Virus record (IMG/VR): IMGVR_UViG_3300026488_000015
Span: 64,001-128,000 of that record
From: a virus
Strand: one strand, 5' to 3'
Length of the DNA stretch: 64,000 bases
Part shown: positions 30,736 to 41,813 of the stretch, piece after piece
How the letters are laid out: every line of letters begins with the position of its first letter
Position numbering within the stretch: position 1 is the first letter of the stretch
Translations under genes and position numbers: made by a program
The notes under the pieces: model-generated
Database searches by the model: none
Told to the model about the DNA's origin: nothing
Seen by the model: the letters and a program-made list of their open reading frames with translations, nothing else

Positions 30736-31551
30736 TTAAAGCAACATTGCTGGTGCTTTCTTACAAACTCGGTCAAAATCAAGATTGATAACATCTTTAA
30801 TCTTATCTATATAATTCAAGCCCATTTTCTCAAAAGATACTAATAGATTGCTTAGATATTTTTGTCTGAATGCTAGTGCTGATATTCTATCTGTAAAAAT
30901 ATAAACAGGCTGTCTATAATTTATTTTTGAAGAAGGTGTGGATAACGATATTGTTTCTTTACCTGATTCAGTAAATACTTTTAATGCCGTTACTGAATCG
31001 GATTGACCTTGAATAAACGAACCAGTAGCCTTATATACATCAAAACGCCATTCTGAAGGAACGGAGAGTGAGTTCCATTTATATATAGCACCAGGCATAA
31101 CATAATATGTTTCGCCTCTTTTAACATCATCGAAGATATTTTCTACCATATTTTCTGCATCTTTAAATAATGAATAATCATAACCAATATTCAGCGTCTT
31201 AAAAAGATGTCTAGGTATATCAAAGACCGTAGTTATTTCTGTGTTTTCTTTCATCTTATCTTTCATATACATTTCATCTTCTGTGGTGCTAATTTTATAT
31301 TGTTTCTTTAATTGTATAATACGATTCATTTGACCTACACTAGAAGTGTGGTTAATATGAATGAATAGTTCAATGAACTTCTTCCATTCAGATGTCTTAG
31401 CAGTGAGCTTTGGTGTCCTAGGTTTCGAACCTAAAGGGTACATTCTAAAACCACAACATTCAGCCCCACCTTTATTTGATTTGAGACAATACAAACATAT
31501 AGATTTACTATGTGATGCTTTAGGTTTTCTCAATTCTTCTCTATATTTCAT
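30736..31551 (-). CDS. Hypothetical protein with N-terminal Cys cluster and C-terminal PAMLL tag
   Basis: CLYC...CCG; motif family. Confidence 0.5.
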   Translation of the reverse strand: MKYREELRKPKASHSKSICLYCLKSNKGGAECCGFRMYPLGSKPRTPKLTAKTSEWKKFIELFIHINHTSSVGQMNRIIQLKKQYKISTTEDEMYMKDKMKENTEITTVFDIPRHLFKTLNIGYDYSLFKDAENMVENIFDDVKRGETYYVMPGAIYKWNSLSVPSEWRFDVYKATGSFIQGQSDSVTALKVFTESGKETISLSTPSSKINYRQPVYIFTDRISALAFRQKYLSNLLVSFEKMGLNYIDKIKDVINLDFDRVCKKAPAMLL

Positions 31552-32013
31552 TTCTTAATCCTTATTTTAACAGCTTCCCCACCTAAAAGATTGTAATGCT
31601 GTCTCTCCACAGTCTTCACCAACAAAGAAACCAAATTCTTCTAACAAATCTATATCTTCTTCAGATACTTCCTCTGGTTCTACACCACAAATACATAAAA
31701 TATCGTGTGCACAAAATGTTCTAAAATCGTGATTATATTTCTCTATAATCATAAGTGCTTTTATTAAATCGTTCATTTATATCCTTTTAACAGCGCATTA
31801 AACCATTGGCATTAAGATAGTCCACTATACATTTATAATGGAAACCTACATATTTTCCATTGTAAGTGACGGCACTACCAGAAACACCTTGAGTGTACAT
31901 AAAAGTTTTTTGTGTGTCTTCTTTCTCTTCGTAAGAGATTCCTTCTTCATCGAGAATAGCTTTGATTACTGTATTTCTATTCTCGTAGCCTTTGGCGTAA
32001 AATAGCAAAAACT

Positions 32014-33165
32014 TCATAGCACTTTACTTTTGAAGTACTGTACTGCTGCTTTACTGATATTTCCGTTAAGAACTTTCGGTTCAAAACCTTCATCTATCAT
32101 ATCTTGTGTATGCTCTTTAACGACATCACGCATAACAAGTCCAAGAAATTCTTTCATATCGGTCATACCAATCCTAGTCTCATCGCCATTATGTGTAGCA
32201 TTAATGATTTCTTGGTACATTTGCTCTAAACGACCTTCAGTACAAGCAATATCATTAACAAATGCTCTTTTACGGTTTTCGAGTGCTTCATCGACTGGTT
32301 TAAGAACCTTAACTTTTCCTGAACCTTTTGAATGCTCTTCACCTTTTACTTTAAATCTGTACACTTCATCTTTGTAATCGAATGTGAACACATATCCTTC
32401 AGCAATATTGTTATCGATACCAAATTGTTTACCTACTGGTGAATCTTGTTCAATCTCATCAACTAATTTAATAAGAGTATTTTGCGACATCTTAGCATCA
32501 TTAAAATCGATTACAATTTCTACTGTTGGAAAATTCATAATGTTATAGATGTTTTTGTCTTCATTTGAAACCCATTTTGTTCTCATATCATCCGTAATAT
32601 ATGATGGGTCTACAAAACCTTTAGGTAGAGAAACCGTAGTTTTCGTTTCTAACCATTTAGCACTTTCAGGTATTTCAGCACCATCATTACCAATTTGTGG
32701 TTCGATAGGAGATACTTTGAAATATTGAAAAATCATACTTCTCTTATCAAGACCAGTCAATGCTGATTTCTTTTGAACATTGCCACCACTCCACTCAAAG
32801 TAAACAGAAATGATATGTTTGTTCAAATCGATACTGTATTCATTAGCAAGACCAAAGATGATTTCTGCCCATTCATTCTCATAAGCATAAGTTTGGAATG
32901 CACAACCAGCATTATCTTTTTCTGGTGTGATAATATTTTTACGAGATTGAACCCAAAAACCATCTGGGATTGAATAACATACAGAGGCATTAGTCCCGTG
33001 AATCTTTTCAGAACCAGTTGCTACAATAGTAGGCGACAAAGCTGTTCTATCCATAGTTACTTCTTTAGTAACCTCATCGTATGACACAAATTGTGCTTGT
33101 CTTTGTAAATTTTTTGTTACTGTGCTGAATTGGTCAATACTGCCGTATGTGATAAATCTTTTCAT
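32014..33165 (-). CDS. RNA ligase 2 family (Rnl2-like)
   Basis: EKIHGTNA motif I, QSRK.II, FEWSG, EGYV, FKVKGE.H. Confidence 0.85.
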   Translation of the reverse strand: MKRFITYGSIDQFSTVTKNLQRQAQFVSYDEVTKEVTMDRTALSPTIVATGSEKIHGTNASVCYSIPDGFWVQSRKNIITPEKDNAGCAFQTYAYENEWAEIIFGLANEYSIDLNKHIISVYFEWSGGNVQKKSALTGLDKRSMIFQYFKVSPIEPQIGNDGAEIPESAKWLETKTTVSLPKGFVDPSYITDDMRTKWVSNEDKNIYNIMNFPTVEIVIDFNDAKMSQNTLIKLVDEIEQDSPVGKQFGIDNNIAEGYVFTFDYKDEVYRFKVKGEEHSKGSGKVKVLKPVDEALENRKRAFVNDIACTEGRLEQMYQEIINATHNGDETRIGMTDMKEFLGLVMRDVVKEHTQDMIDEGFEPKVLNGNISKAAVQYFKSKVL

Positions 33166-35046
33166 TTTCTTTCCTTCTTATTTTGTATATGTAGTATTAT
33201 AACATAGTATTACTTAAAGCCTTCTTAAATTCGCTCACCCAAAAAGAAAGGGAGTTCATCCAACGGGTATGCGTTTGTGTCATTTTGGTATCTGTCTTTT
33301 AGTACTGTAAATGAATCTTTATCAACATAAACTGCCGCATCAGCCTCAAAAAGTGTTTTCATATTTTTGGGTATAATATCACCATCTTTAATGTTTACAT
33401 CTTTTGTTCTGTATATGATAATCATTCTTATCCTTTGATTTGTACCAGAATAACATCTGTAATCGGTACAGTAATCTGCATATACCAATTACTAAGCGTT
33501 ACTTCATCTTCTTTAACTGAAATTACTTTATAGTTTTCGTGTGTTTTTAGGAATGGATGGAATCCATTATATTGTACTGTGTCATCTTTTTCCATTCTAT
33601 TGTCTCTCAACTTTATAATCTTTTGCTTTGTCATAAAACAGAGCAATAGCATTCAATTCTCTAACGCTGTATTCATCAATCTCGATGAGTTTAGATTTAC
33701 CTGATTTGTGTGTGATTTTAAATTGTGTAAACATTATATATCTCCATTTCTAGCTTCTTCAGCTCTGTAACCACGAATGTCTGCTCTACGAAGGTTCTCT
33801 TTAACCTGAGCAACTCCGATGTCTCTAGCACTCTCTAAAGCACTCTCTGTGCTCATCTGACAATCATCATTCCAAGAACCGTTATTAAAACTTCGTACTG
33901 ATAATTCGATTTCTGTGATTTCTGTTTGAGTTAATTCTTTCATTTCTTATCCTTTATATGCAATATTATAACATAAGTAACCTTAAAGCTAGTTGAAGTT
34001 AATCTCTGTATTTGAAACTTTTTTCTTCGTTGGTTTTACTGAATCTAAAAATTTCATATTTCTTGTCTTCTCTAATATAGTTTCTATCATTTTATCGGCA
34101 TAATCAGTAGCATTTATGTTTAGAGTAGCTGTATATTGTTTATCGCTCTCAGTAGCACCATTGTAGAAACTCGAATAAGCATTTGACCATATGACCATAT
34201 AATCAGATTTTGTCATATCCATTATTTCTCCAATTTCAGCTCAATAACATTACCTGCTTTAGGCATTATCTGCATGTTTGCACCATCTAAAGAAATAGTA
34301 ACCGTACCATTCTTTGTGAAGTGAACTAGCATTTCCACATCGTTACCTAAGTCCATAAAGACTCTCTTTTCTTTTGGTAAATTGATTTCCATCTTATCTT
34401 TCCTTATCTTTCTTTATATGTAATATTATAACATAAAAGACCTTACAGCCACCTTAAAATGTTGTAACTGTTGGTATCTCATTAGAATCTTTTCTTAATT
34501 CTACTTCGTTGCATAGTTCATCAACATCTATACCACTAAAAAACTTGATGAATCGTTTGATTAACGAATCCATCTTATAGTCCTTCTACTTCTACGATTT
34601 GTTCTAAAATATATTCAGGAATCTCATTGATATTAGATGTCATTTCAACACCATTTCGTTCAATCTCTGCTGCTAATTTATTGTAAAAATTACTGATACC
34701 CAAAGTACTATCACCTTGACCTCTAACGATGTTCTCTAATGAGTTTAAAATTGATTCTTTCATTTCTTATCCTTTGTCTCTTTATATGTAATATTATAAC
34801 ATAACGAACCTTAAAGGCTACTTAATATTTATTTTCCATTTCGGTTGTTACTTTAATATGGTCACTACAATCTCTTACCCACATAGTGGTCCTTGTACCC
34901 GTATCGATTTGGCATTCTTCAAGACCATTTTCGATTGCTCTTTGTGTTGTTTTGTAATCTGCGTAAATTGCTGCTATACCTGCTATACTTAGTAATATTG
35001 CTACTACTACTGATATGATTGTTTCATTTTTATTCATTATATATCC

Positions 35047-35280
35047 TTATAGTAAATAGTGAGGTTTATCTGCTAAGATTCTCTTTATGAATGTCTTAGC
35101 GTCTTTTTGAGGATAGCCTAATAGTATCATCAAGTCAAGACTCGAATCTTCTATCAGCTGTAAGCATTTGTCTGCTGCTTCCTGTTTTGTAGGACTGTAT
35201 TGTGCATCCCAGTTTTCCATAGCAACTTCAAACCACCAGTATTCTTGGTCTTCGTTTGGTTGTAATAATTTGAAATACAT
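35047..35280 (-). CDS. Hypothetical protein, C-terminal PHYLL tag
   Basis: Start revised to MYFKLL at 35280, coupled to the upstream stop. Confidence 0.5.
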   Translation of the reverse strand: MYFKLLQPNEDQEYWWFEVAMENWDAQYSPTKQEAADKCLQLIEDSSLDLMILLGYPQKDAKTFIKRILADKPHYLL

Positions 35281-35841
35281 TATTTTCCGGCCATAGCACC
35301 AGAAACGAGTGAAATGAATCCAACAAAGCCTACACCAATCCAAATCTTGAACGCCGTCCAAGCAGCAAGACCGACGGCCATATCATTTGCACCCCAATTA
35401 TAGAGAAATGTACCTACACCAATGATGTTAGCAAAAACCAATAAAACAATACCGAAAATAAATAATAACGGCATCTGTTATCCTTTCGCTATCGTTACGC
35501 ATACAGCAACAACAAAAGTCATTATTAAGCCGATGTAAAAAATTGTACCATTTGTGCTAAGAGAGTCCCATTTAAAACCTTGTAAATCTATCATATTATT
35601 TCCTTTAATTAAATAACGAACCGAGACCGTAAATTAATACTGTCACGGTTGAAATGATTACTGCTAGAGCAATCGACACTTTGATTATAATACCAGTAAT
35701 AAAACCATTAGCTACATCTGCACCAGTTTCTAAACCAGCTTTAAGCCCATCTTTGGCTAACTCTTTAACATCTACATCTTTTACTGAATCAACAGCAATA
35801 TCTTTCATTTTCTTAAACATTCATTTCCTTTTTAACTGAAT

Positions 35842-36069
35842 CTAACTAAACCTAACTAAACCAACTAAGTTGATTAAACTGAATACTACATTCATTATAA
35901 GCAACTGTCTATTATCATTATTATAAGCATAAATTGACCATAATATAGAACTCGTGATGAATAATGTATAGCACAACATAAACAAGTCTAAATTTAACGC
36001 CATTAACATTGCTGCTGTAACACCCGTTGTAGTTGCTGAATTTGTAATAAATGTTTCTGATATTCTCAT
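35842..36069 (-). CDS. Small three-helix membrane protein
   Basis: Hydrophobic helices; early promoter upstream. Confidence 0.55.
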   Translation of the reverse strand: MRISETFITNSATTTGVTAAMLMALNLDLFMLCYTLFITSSILWSIYAYNNDNRQLLIMNVVFSLINLVGLVRFS

Positions 36070-36245
36070 AATCTTTCCTTCTTCTCTTTATATACAGTAT
36101 TATAACATAACATAGCTTAAAGGCTACTTAAATTTGGAGAAATAAAAAGAATTTTGAAATTCTTTTAGTAGAACTTGGTTTTTACTAAAGTTTTACCTCT
36201 AACTTTTATAGATACTACTAAGATACAAAACAAACAAGTATCTAA

Positions 36246-36282
36246 CCTCAAGGAAGAGGATGTTTTACACAACGGAGGTGTA
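36246..36282 (+). promoter_or_regulatory. Putative CsrA-binding 5' leader: two hairpins with ANGGA loops, the second covering the RBS
   Basis: CCTC-AAGGAA-GAGG (36246-36259) and TACAC-AACGGAG-GTGTA (36266-36282), directly before the flagellin ATG. Confidence 0.65.
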
Positions 36283-36284
36283 TT

Positions 36285-37109
36285 ATGGGATTTACAATCA
36301 ACACAAACAATAGCGCAAACTTCGCACTATTATATGGTAGACAAACACAACAAAAAATAGATAGTTCTTTAGAAAAACTATCAACTGGTCTTAGAATTAA
36401 CAGAGCAGCAGATGATGCAGCAGGAATGGCTATTGCTAATCAGTTAAGAAGCCAATCACAAGGTTTAATTCAAGGTAACAAAAATGCACAAGATGCTATT
36501 GGTCTTGTTAAAATAGCAGATGGCGCAATGGATGAGTATCAAAAAATTCTCGTGACTGCTAGAGATAAATCAGTTCAGGCAGCAAGTGATACGAATTCAC
36601 CTGAAGCAAGAGCAGTACTCGAAGAGGAAGTTAAGCAATTACTTCAACAAGCAGATGATATTGCCACTACGACATCATTCAATGGTATTAATCTTTTAGA
36701 TGGTACATTTACTAGCAAGAAATTTCAAGTAGGTTCAGAATCTGGCCAAACTATTAGTATGAGTATAGCTAATACTGATATTGCTTCTCAAAATATTGCT
36801 GACGCTGATATTGATTTAACTACTCAAGCAGGTGCTGATGCAGCAATCGTTTCATTGGATGCAGCGATAAAAAGTATTGATGCCGTTAGAAGTGGAATAG
36901 GTTCGACTCAAAATGCACTAGAAAGTAGAGTCCGTGTTAATGAGGCAACTGCCGCAAATGTTATGGCCGCAGAGAGCGCGATTCGTGAAGTTGATTATGC
37001 TGCAGAACAAACAGCATTAAATACAAACACAATCAAGTTACAAGCTAATACATTCGCTTTAGGTAAAGCATTAGAGAACCAACAAATGATTCTTAGTCTG
37101 CTTAGATAG
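36285..37109 (+). CDS. Flagellin (short; D0/D1 only)
   Basis: MGFTINTN, SLEKLSTGLRINRAADDAAGMAIA, NAQDAIGLVKIADGAMDE, TSFNGINLLDG, FQVG, RSGIGSTQN.LE, AESAIREVDYAAE, ILSLLR. Confidence 0.95.
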   Translation: MGFTINTNNSANFALLYGRQTQQKIDSSLEKLSTGLRINRAADDAAGMAIANQLRSQSQGLIQGNKNAQDAIGLVKIADGAMDEYQKILVTARDKSVQAASDTNSPEARAVLEEEVKQLLQQADDIATTTSFNGINLLDGTFTSKKFQVGSESGQTISMSIANTDIASQNIADADIDLTTQAGADAAIVSLDAAIKSIDAVRSGIGSTQNALESRVRVNEATAANVMAAESAIREVDYAAEQTALNTNTIKLQANTFALGKALENQQMILSLLR

Positions 37110-37461
37110 GGTTTAGGAAAACATCAACTATGATGATAACCAATCCATAATAGTGTAGAGACTCTTCTTTGGTCTCTGCAATATTACCTTTACCAATAAA
37201 CAATCCAATATCATTTAAAATATCAAATAGACCTAGACCTTCAGGTTTAGTATAATCAATCATATCAGACATCAAACGAATACTTTCAAGCATCTTAGAT
37301 GTAGTTTCAAATTTAATTTTTTGTTGGGATAATGCTGGTTCTTTTTTCTTTTTTTCTGTTTCTATCTTTATAAGTACAAGAGTTTTTTTCTTTAATAAAG
37401 TATAAAATGTTTTTAAGAATTCTTCTTTACCTAAGACAGCATTTTGTTCGTAAGGGTTCAT
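37102..37461 (-). CDS. Putative FliS-like flagellin export chaperone (divergent)
   Basis: 119 aa helical protein; N-terminal PYEQNAV like the FliS AYxQN motif; IRLMSDMIDY..EG..L, GN, VIIIV pattern aligns with the FliS helices; convergent with flagellin. Confidence 0.5.
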   Translation of the reverse strand: MNPYEQNAVLGKEEFLKTFYTLLKKKTLVLIKIETEKKKKEPALSQQKIKFETTSKMLESIRLMSDMIDYTKPEGLGLFDILNDIGLFIGKGNIAETKEESLHYYGLVIIIVDVFLNPI

Positions 37462-37485
37462 AATCTTTCCTTCTTTTTTGTATGG

Positions 37486-37725
37486 TTACCAAGTAAGATG
37501 AGTGCCGTTGCAGTTCCCGCACATTTTTACGGATGGTGCGTACACTCTATCACATTTAGGACAAAGCCAACCCCTATCTAATTGAGTTCTATCTTGAGGT
37601 ATCTTTAGTCCATAACCACCAACACCAAAACCAGTATCGATGATAGTGCTGTATTCAACATCACTAACACCATCTATCTCTTTAATTTCTTCTATTTTCT
37701 TATCGTTTGCGTTGTTCCAGAACAT
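37486..37725 (-). CDS. Small Zn-finger protein
   Basis: GWLCPKCDRVYAP...CGNC. Confidence 0.55.
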   Translation of the reverse strand: MFWNNANDKKIEEIKEIDGVSDVEYSTIIDTGFGVGGYGLKIPQDRTQLDRGWLCPKCDRVYAPSVKMCGNCNGTHLTW

Positions 37726-37739
37726 TTTGTTTCCTTAAA

Positions 37740-38663
37740 TTATATTGATATTCTCATTTCGTGACGGTTTGGACCAGTAGTATAAATTAATGTACCTGCA
37801 CCAATTTTTGACATTCTACTGATAAGTACTTTATTGGCATCTTCAGCTTGTCTGTGACCACTATCGATTGCCCAAACCTCAGTATCGAATGAAGAAAGAA
37901 TTCTACTTGCTTCTTCTAAATCATTACCTTTCTGCGTAAATACGATGTAAGCACCGTTAGCTCCTAATGCAATATAATCCGATTCAGTCTTTTCTGTTTT
38001 CTTAATCTTTTCCATAGCTTCGTACTTAGCTTTGTTTTCTTTTTTGAGTCTGTCATCTATAGCATCTTGATAGTCTTTCTCTAAACGAGCGTACTCTTTT
38101 TTCGTAGTAGGTTTGTTGAATAGCTCATCAGAAGTCGTATTACAAGTTTTTGTAGAGAATGCATTAACGGCACTAACAAATCTTTTCTTATTCTTTAAGT
38201 CTCTTGCTATCTTCTCTGAAGTCTTCTTATCGAGTTTAACTTTATCACCATTAACGAGAACTTGTACAACTTTACCTTGAAGCATAATAGGTTTTATATG
38301 TACTTGTGGTTCATCGTTACGACTAGGCCAAAATGCAGAACTAACTTTTACTGGAACTTCCAATACAACATCCACAATGTCCTCAGTAGAATTAATAATG
38401 GTGCTTATACCTACGGTCACTAAATCAGTATTGATAACCTCTATCGTTTGTCTACGAATAATATTTAAGTTATCCAGGTTATTATATGTAAATCTAGCAT
38501 CATCGATGTCTTTAGCGCCCAAGGCCTCGATTCCTCTAATTGCTACTTCTCTTTGTTCTTTTGTTGTAAGTGTTTTTGTACTTACTAAGCTCTTAAATGT
38601 TCTCATTGCGTCTCCTGGTTTACTATTATTTATATCTCTTAGAGATAAATTCGTTAATATCAC
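37740..38663 (-). CDS. Hypothetical protein
   Basis: Long ORF in the operon; no motif recognised. Confidence 0.55.
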   Translation of the reverse strand: MILTNLSLRDINNSKPGDAMRTFKSLVSTKTLTTKEQREVAIRGIEALGAKDIDDARFTYNNLDNLNIIRRQTIEVINTDLVTVGISTIINSTEDIVDVVLEVPVKVSSAFWPSRNDEPQVHIKPIMLQGKVVQVLVNGDKVKLDKKTSEKIARDLKNKKRFVSAVNAFSTKTCNTTSDELFNKPTTKKEYARLEKDYQDAIDDRLKKENKAKYEAMEKIKKTEKTESDYIALGANGAYIVFTQKGNDLEEASRILSSFDTEVWAIDSGHRQAEDANKVLISRMSKIGAGTLIYTTGPNRHEMRISI

Positions 38664-39381
38664 TAAAACAAATCTGAACCTTAGGTCCTTTTTCTAGCTG
38701 TACTGTTTCAATATCTGCAATAACATCACCATTGACACCGTCAATCCAACAAGTAACGCTCTGTCTTGATTCTACCGAAACTTCAGTAAATCTTGGTTTG
38801 ATAACAGTACTAAGATGCATATTTGTTTTATCTCCCGTAACAACCCATTGCTTTGAGTCGATAGGTATCACAACACCTTGATTATTTACACTAATTCCTG
38901 TTGAACCTTGTGGTGTACTGATAATTATTCCACCACCCTTAAACGATTCAGGAAGAACCTTAGATTTAACAGAAAAATCTATCCAATCCATCATAGTACC
39001 ACCGATAGCAACTTCATTGAATGCATAGTATGATTTAGTTGCCAGATGATGGTTTCGTTTTACTGTTGCTTTAATAGTTCGCAGTGTCTTAGTATTAAAA
39101 AATTCTCTCTCGCATACATCTACAATAAAATTGTATGGTTCTATATCATTCATAAGAAAGCCTAGTGTCCCAGCATTGATGCCATAGATAGGTAAATCGA
39201 AATCGATGTAAGTCTTTACTGTTTTGAGTAAAGTCCCGTCTCCACCAGCACAGACAATCATTTCTGCTTCGTTAGGTGTATCAACGAGAAATCTTTGAAT
39301 ATTCTCATTTTTCTCAAATAAATCGTTCCATTCTTGTGTTTTTTTGTTATGTGCTTCATATTTTACGAAGAATATTTTCAT
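38626..39381 (-). CDS. nadK: NAD kinase
   Basis: GGDGTLL, GINAGTLGFL, AFNEV, ISTPQGSTG, IDG. Confidence 0.9.
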   Translation of the reverse strand: MKIFFVKYEAHNKKTQEWNDLFEKNENIQRFLVDTPNEAEMIVCAGGDGTLLKTVKTYIDFDLPIYGINAGTLGFLMNDIEPYNFIVDVCEREFFNTKTLRTIKATVKRNHHLATKSYYAFNEVAIGGTMMDWIDFSVKSKVLPESFKGGGIIISTPQGSTGISVNNQGVVIPIDSKQWVVTGDKTNMHLSTVIKPRFTEVSVESRQSVTCWIDGVNGDVIADIETVQLEKGPKVQICFSDINEFISKRYK

Positions 39382-40126
39382 TACTTTCCTTTCTTATTGA
39401 TGCTAGGTTGAGTAAAACCTTTTTGTGTGCCGATTGGCAATATTTCTACATTAGCTATATCAGCAGTCGTGTAAGCACTTTTGTCTGTCCAATTCCAAGC
39501 ATCGATATATTCAAATATAGCAACAACAAATGTTACTGTTTGTCTAATCGTAAAGCCGTCTTTGAATGTTACTTCACAATCGAACTCTTCTGCCTTGTAT
39601 GGTTCAGTATTAATTTCTGTAGCCGGTGGAGATAATTTTCTTCCGCCTTCTGTTGTATGAAACATAGTATCTCCTTCTCTTTCTTTATATGTAATATTAT
39701 AACATAATAAAGATAATAGCCACCTTAAGGCTTGGGAATTTTTTTCTTTTGTGATTTACCTATCAGTACATTGTTTTTATTATTAGCGTACCAAGAATTA
39801 GTTAGTTGAATCCAACCTAGAATTGTACTGAATGCATTTACGATAGGCACTAATGAAATTAGTAAATTTGAGAGGAGAATCTTGCCAGTAGCAAAATAAA
39901 CTGTGATTAAGTGTAAGATAACGAATGCCCAATAAGCTGAAGCACTAACGATGATATAATTTTCCATTATAATCCTTTATGATTATTTATCTTCTCTTGG
40001 TTTTCTCTCATTTCTTTAGCTTGAGCATCCATTACTTTCTTAAGCATTTTATGAGTCCTGGCATTTTTACGAGATTCAAAGACACCGTTGGCATCTTTAG
40101 ACATATCAAACGGGTTTTTATGCACC

Positions 40127-41158
40127 TTATAGCCCTACCATTTTTTCGATTTCAAGTCTGATTCTCTCTAGTGAAAGAATAGTTTCAGAAAGTTCCTCTA
40201 CGCTCATTGTAACAGTTGGTGCTCTTTTGACCATTTTGTTGTCGTTTCTTTGAAATTCAAGTGCAGTTTCAACTGCTTCAGATACACCAGGTAGTGTAAG
40301 TACAAGTTGTAGTTCTGTGATTCTCTTTGAATCGTTTTGTACTCTCTCACGAACAGCTTGAAGTGATTTCTTATCTGCTGTGAATCCTCTACCAACGAAT
40401 CTCATAAATCTAAATGCTCTAAGAGGGTCTTCTTCAAGACGGTCTTTTGGTTTACCAACAAATCTAAGTGTTTTTGTCTTGATGTCATCTATGAAACATT
40501 CAGTAGGGTCGATAATCAGTTCAGATGTAAGATTAAAGAAACCAGCACCGATAGTGAAATCTCTACGATTACCATCTTCTTCAATAGTACCTGCTTCTCC
40601 ACCCGCATTATCCTTATCTTTCCTAAAATTAGCAATCTCGAAATCTTGGTTGTTCTTAGAAGCAATAAGTACAAGAAATTGTTTACCTACATTGTTTACT
40701 TTAAACCCATTTTCTTTGAAAGTTTTTTCTAGTGTATCCATATCTGTGTCCGTACAAAAATCAAAATCGTTTGGTACTTTATTGATAAGAAAATCTCTTA
40801 CAGCACCACCAACAAGACAAGCTTCAGTAGAAAGACCTTTAAGAATCTCTGCTACTTCTTCTGCTTGAGCAAAATGACCATTAAATTCTTCTGAAATAAC
40901 AGCACTCATACCGATATTTTCATCAACCATTTCGCACATTGTATCTGATAGAGGTGTAAATGTATCTGGAAAATCACCAAACATAAACTCTGAAATATCG
41001 TGTAGAATATAAAACATTTGTGTATCATAATCATCAGCAAGTGATAGATTTACTTCAACTTCCCATTTCTCAGGAGGGTTTGATAGTTTAATCAAATCTG
41101 TATCTTGGAAGTTTCTAAAGAACATTTCGTTGAATTTCTTTGTTAGTTTGTTTCTCAT
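40127..41158 (-). CDS. tRNA nucleotidyltransferase (CCA-adding / poly(A) polymerase family), compact
   Basis: LVGGAVRD, DFDFCT, EIANFRKD, RRDFTI, EDPLRAFRFMRF, ERIRLE. Confidence 0.9.
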   Translation of the reverse strand: MRNKLTKKFNEMFFRNFQDTDLIKLSNPPEKWEVEVNLSLADDYDTQMFYILHDISEFMFGDFPDTFTPLSDTMCEMVDENIGMSAVISEEFNGHFAQAEEVAEILKGLSTEACLVGGAVRDFLINKVPNDFDFCTDTDMDTLEKTFKENGFKVNNVGKQFLVLIASKNNQDFEIANFRKDKDNAGGEAGTIEEDGNRRDFTIGAGFFNLTSELIIDPTECFIDDIKTKTLRFVGKPKDRLEEDPLRAFRFMRFVGRGFTADKKSLQAVRERVQNDSKRITELQLVLTLPGVSEAVETALEFQRNDNKMVKRAPTVTMSVEELSETILSLERIRLEIEKMVGL

Positions 41159-41219
41159 CTTATCTTTCCTTCTTTCTCTTTATATGTAATATTATAACAT
41201 AAGAGACCTTAAAACCTTC

Positions 41220-41813
41220 TTATGAACTATAACTATCTGGCCAACCACCATTAGAAACAGACTTAGTAGAACCTGGTGATAATGTGATATATCCAGGCAT
41301 CTTAGTTTTAAGTAAAATACCTTCTTCGTTCCCTTCTTTAAAAAGAGCAGTACAAGCTTTTACATTTTTTACAAGAGCAGGAGAATTAATATCTATAAGT
41401 TTTTTGATGTTATTAGAGATTTCATACGAACCACTACCTGCTTTTTTAGGTGTAACTACTATTGAGATATATTCTATCCAAGTAGTTGTTTTCTTTCCAG
41501 CATAAACTGAACCATAAACATCATAAGTAATAAACATTGTAACGCCATTTTCAATTATTTCTAATTTAGCTGTACCATATCTGTTATTAACAAACTCTCC
41601 ACTTGTATGATATTGCATATTATCTTTAGTTTCAATGCTAACCAGTTTTGGTTCATATCCTGCTTTCTTTAGTGTTTCAAATACTTTAGATTTTTTATAT
41701 ACTGTCTTTATTTTCTTTTCAACTGCATCCATAGTCGGGAGCATACTATGTTGCTCACCTGATGGGTTTACCTCTGTTGTAGCTTCATTCACAAATTTAC
41801 TAAATTTTACCAT
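41220..41813 (-). CDS. Putative internal virion protein (MVKFSKFVNEA), isolated late gene
   Basis: CTS-like leader nearly identical to those at 19.9 and 20.3 kb; TATAAATA at 41833-41840. Confidence 0.55.
   Translation of the reverse strand: MVKFSKFVNEATTEVNPSGEQHSMLPTMDAVEKKIKTVYKKSKVFETLKKAGYEPKLVSIETKDNMQYHTSGEFVNNRYGTAKLEIIENGVTMFITYDVYGSVYAGKKTTTWIEYISIVVTPKKAGSGSYEISNNIKKLIDINSPALVKNVKACTALFKEGNEEGILLKTKMPGYITLSPGSTKSVSNGGWPDSYSS

Noticed and set aside
36186-36215. Sigma-28 promoter for flagellin (TAAAGTTT ... ATAGATAC)
   Set aside because: The -10 matches CGAT poorly and the spacing is off. TATAGATA could equally be a variant late promoter, so it is left uncalled.
36175-36360. 61 aa + strand ORF overlapping the flagellin start
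   Set aside because: Non-ATG start, no RBS, and it overlaps the leader and flagellin in another frame.
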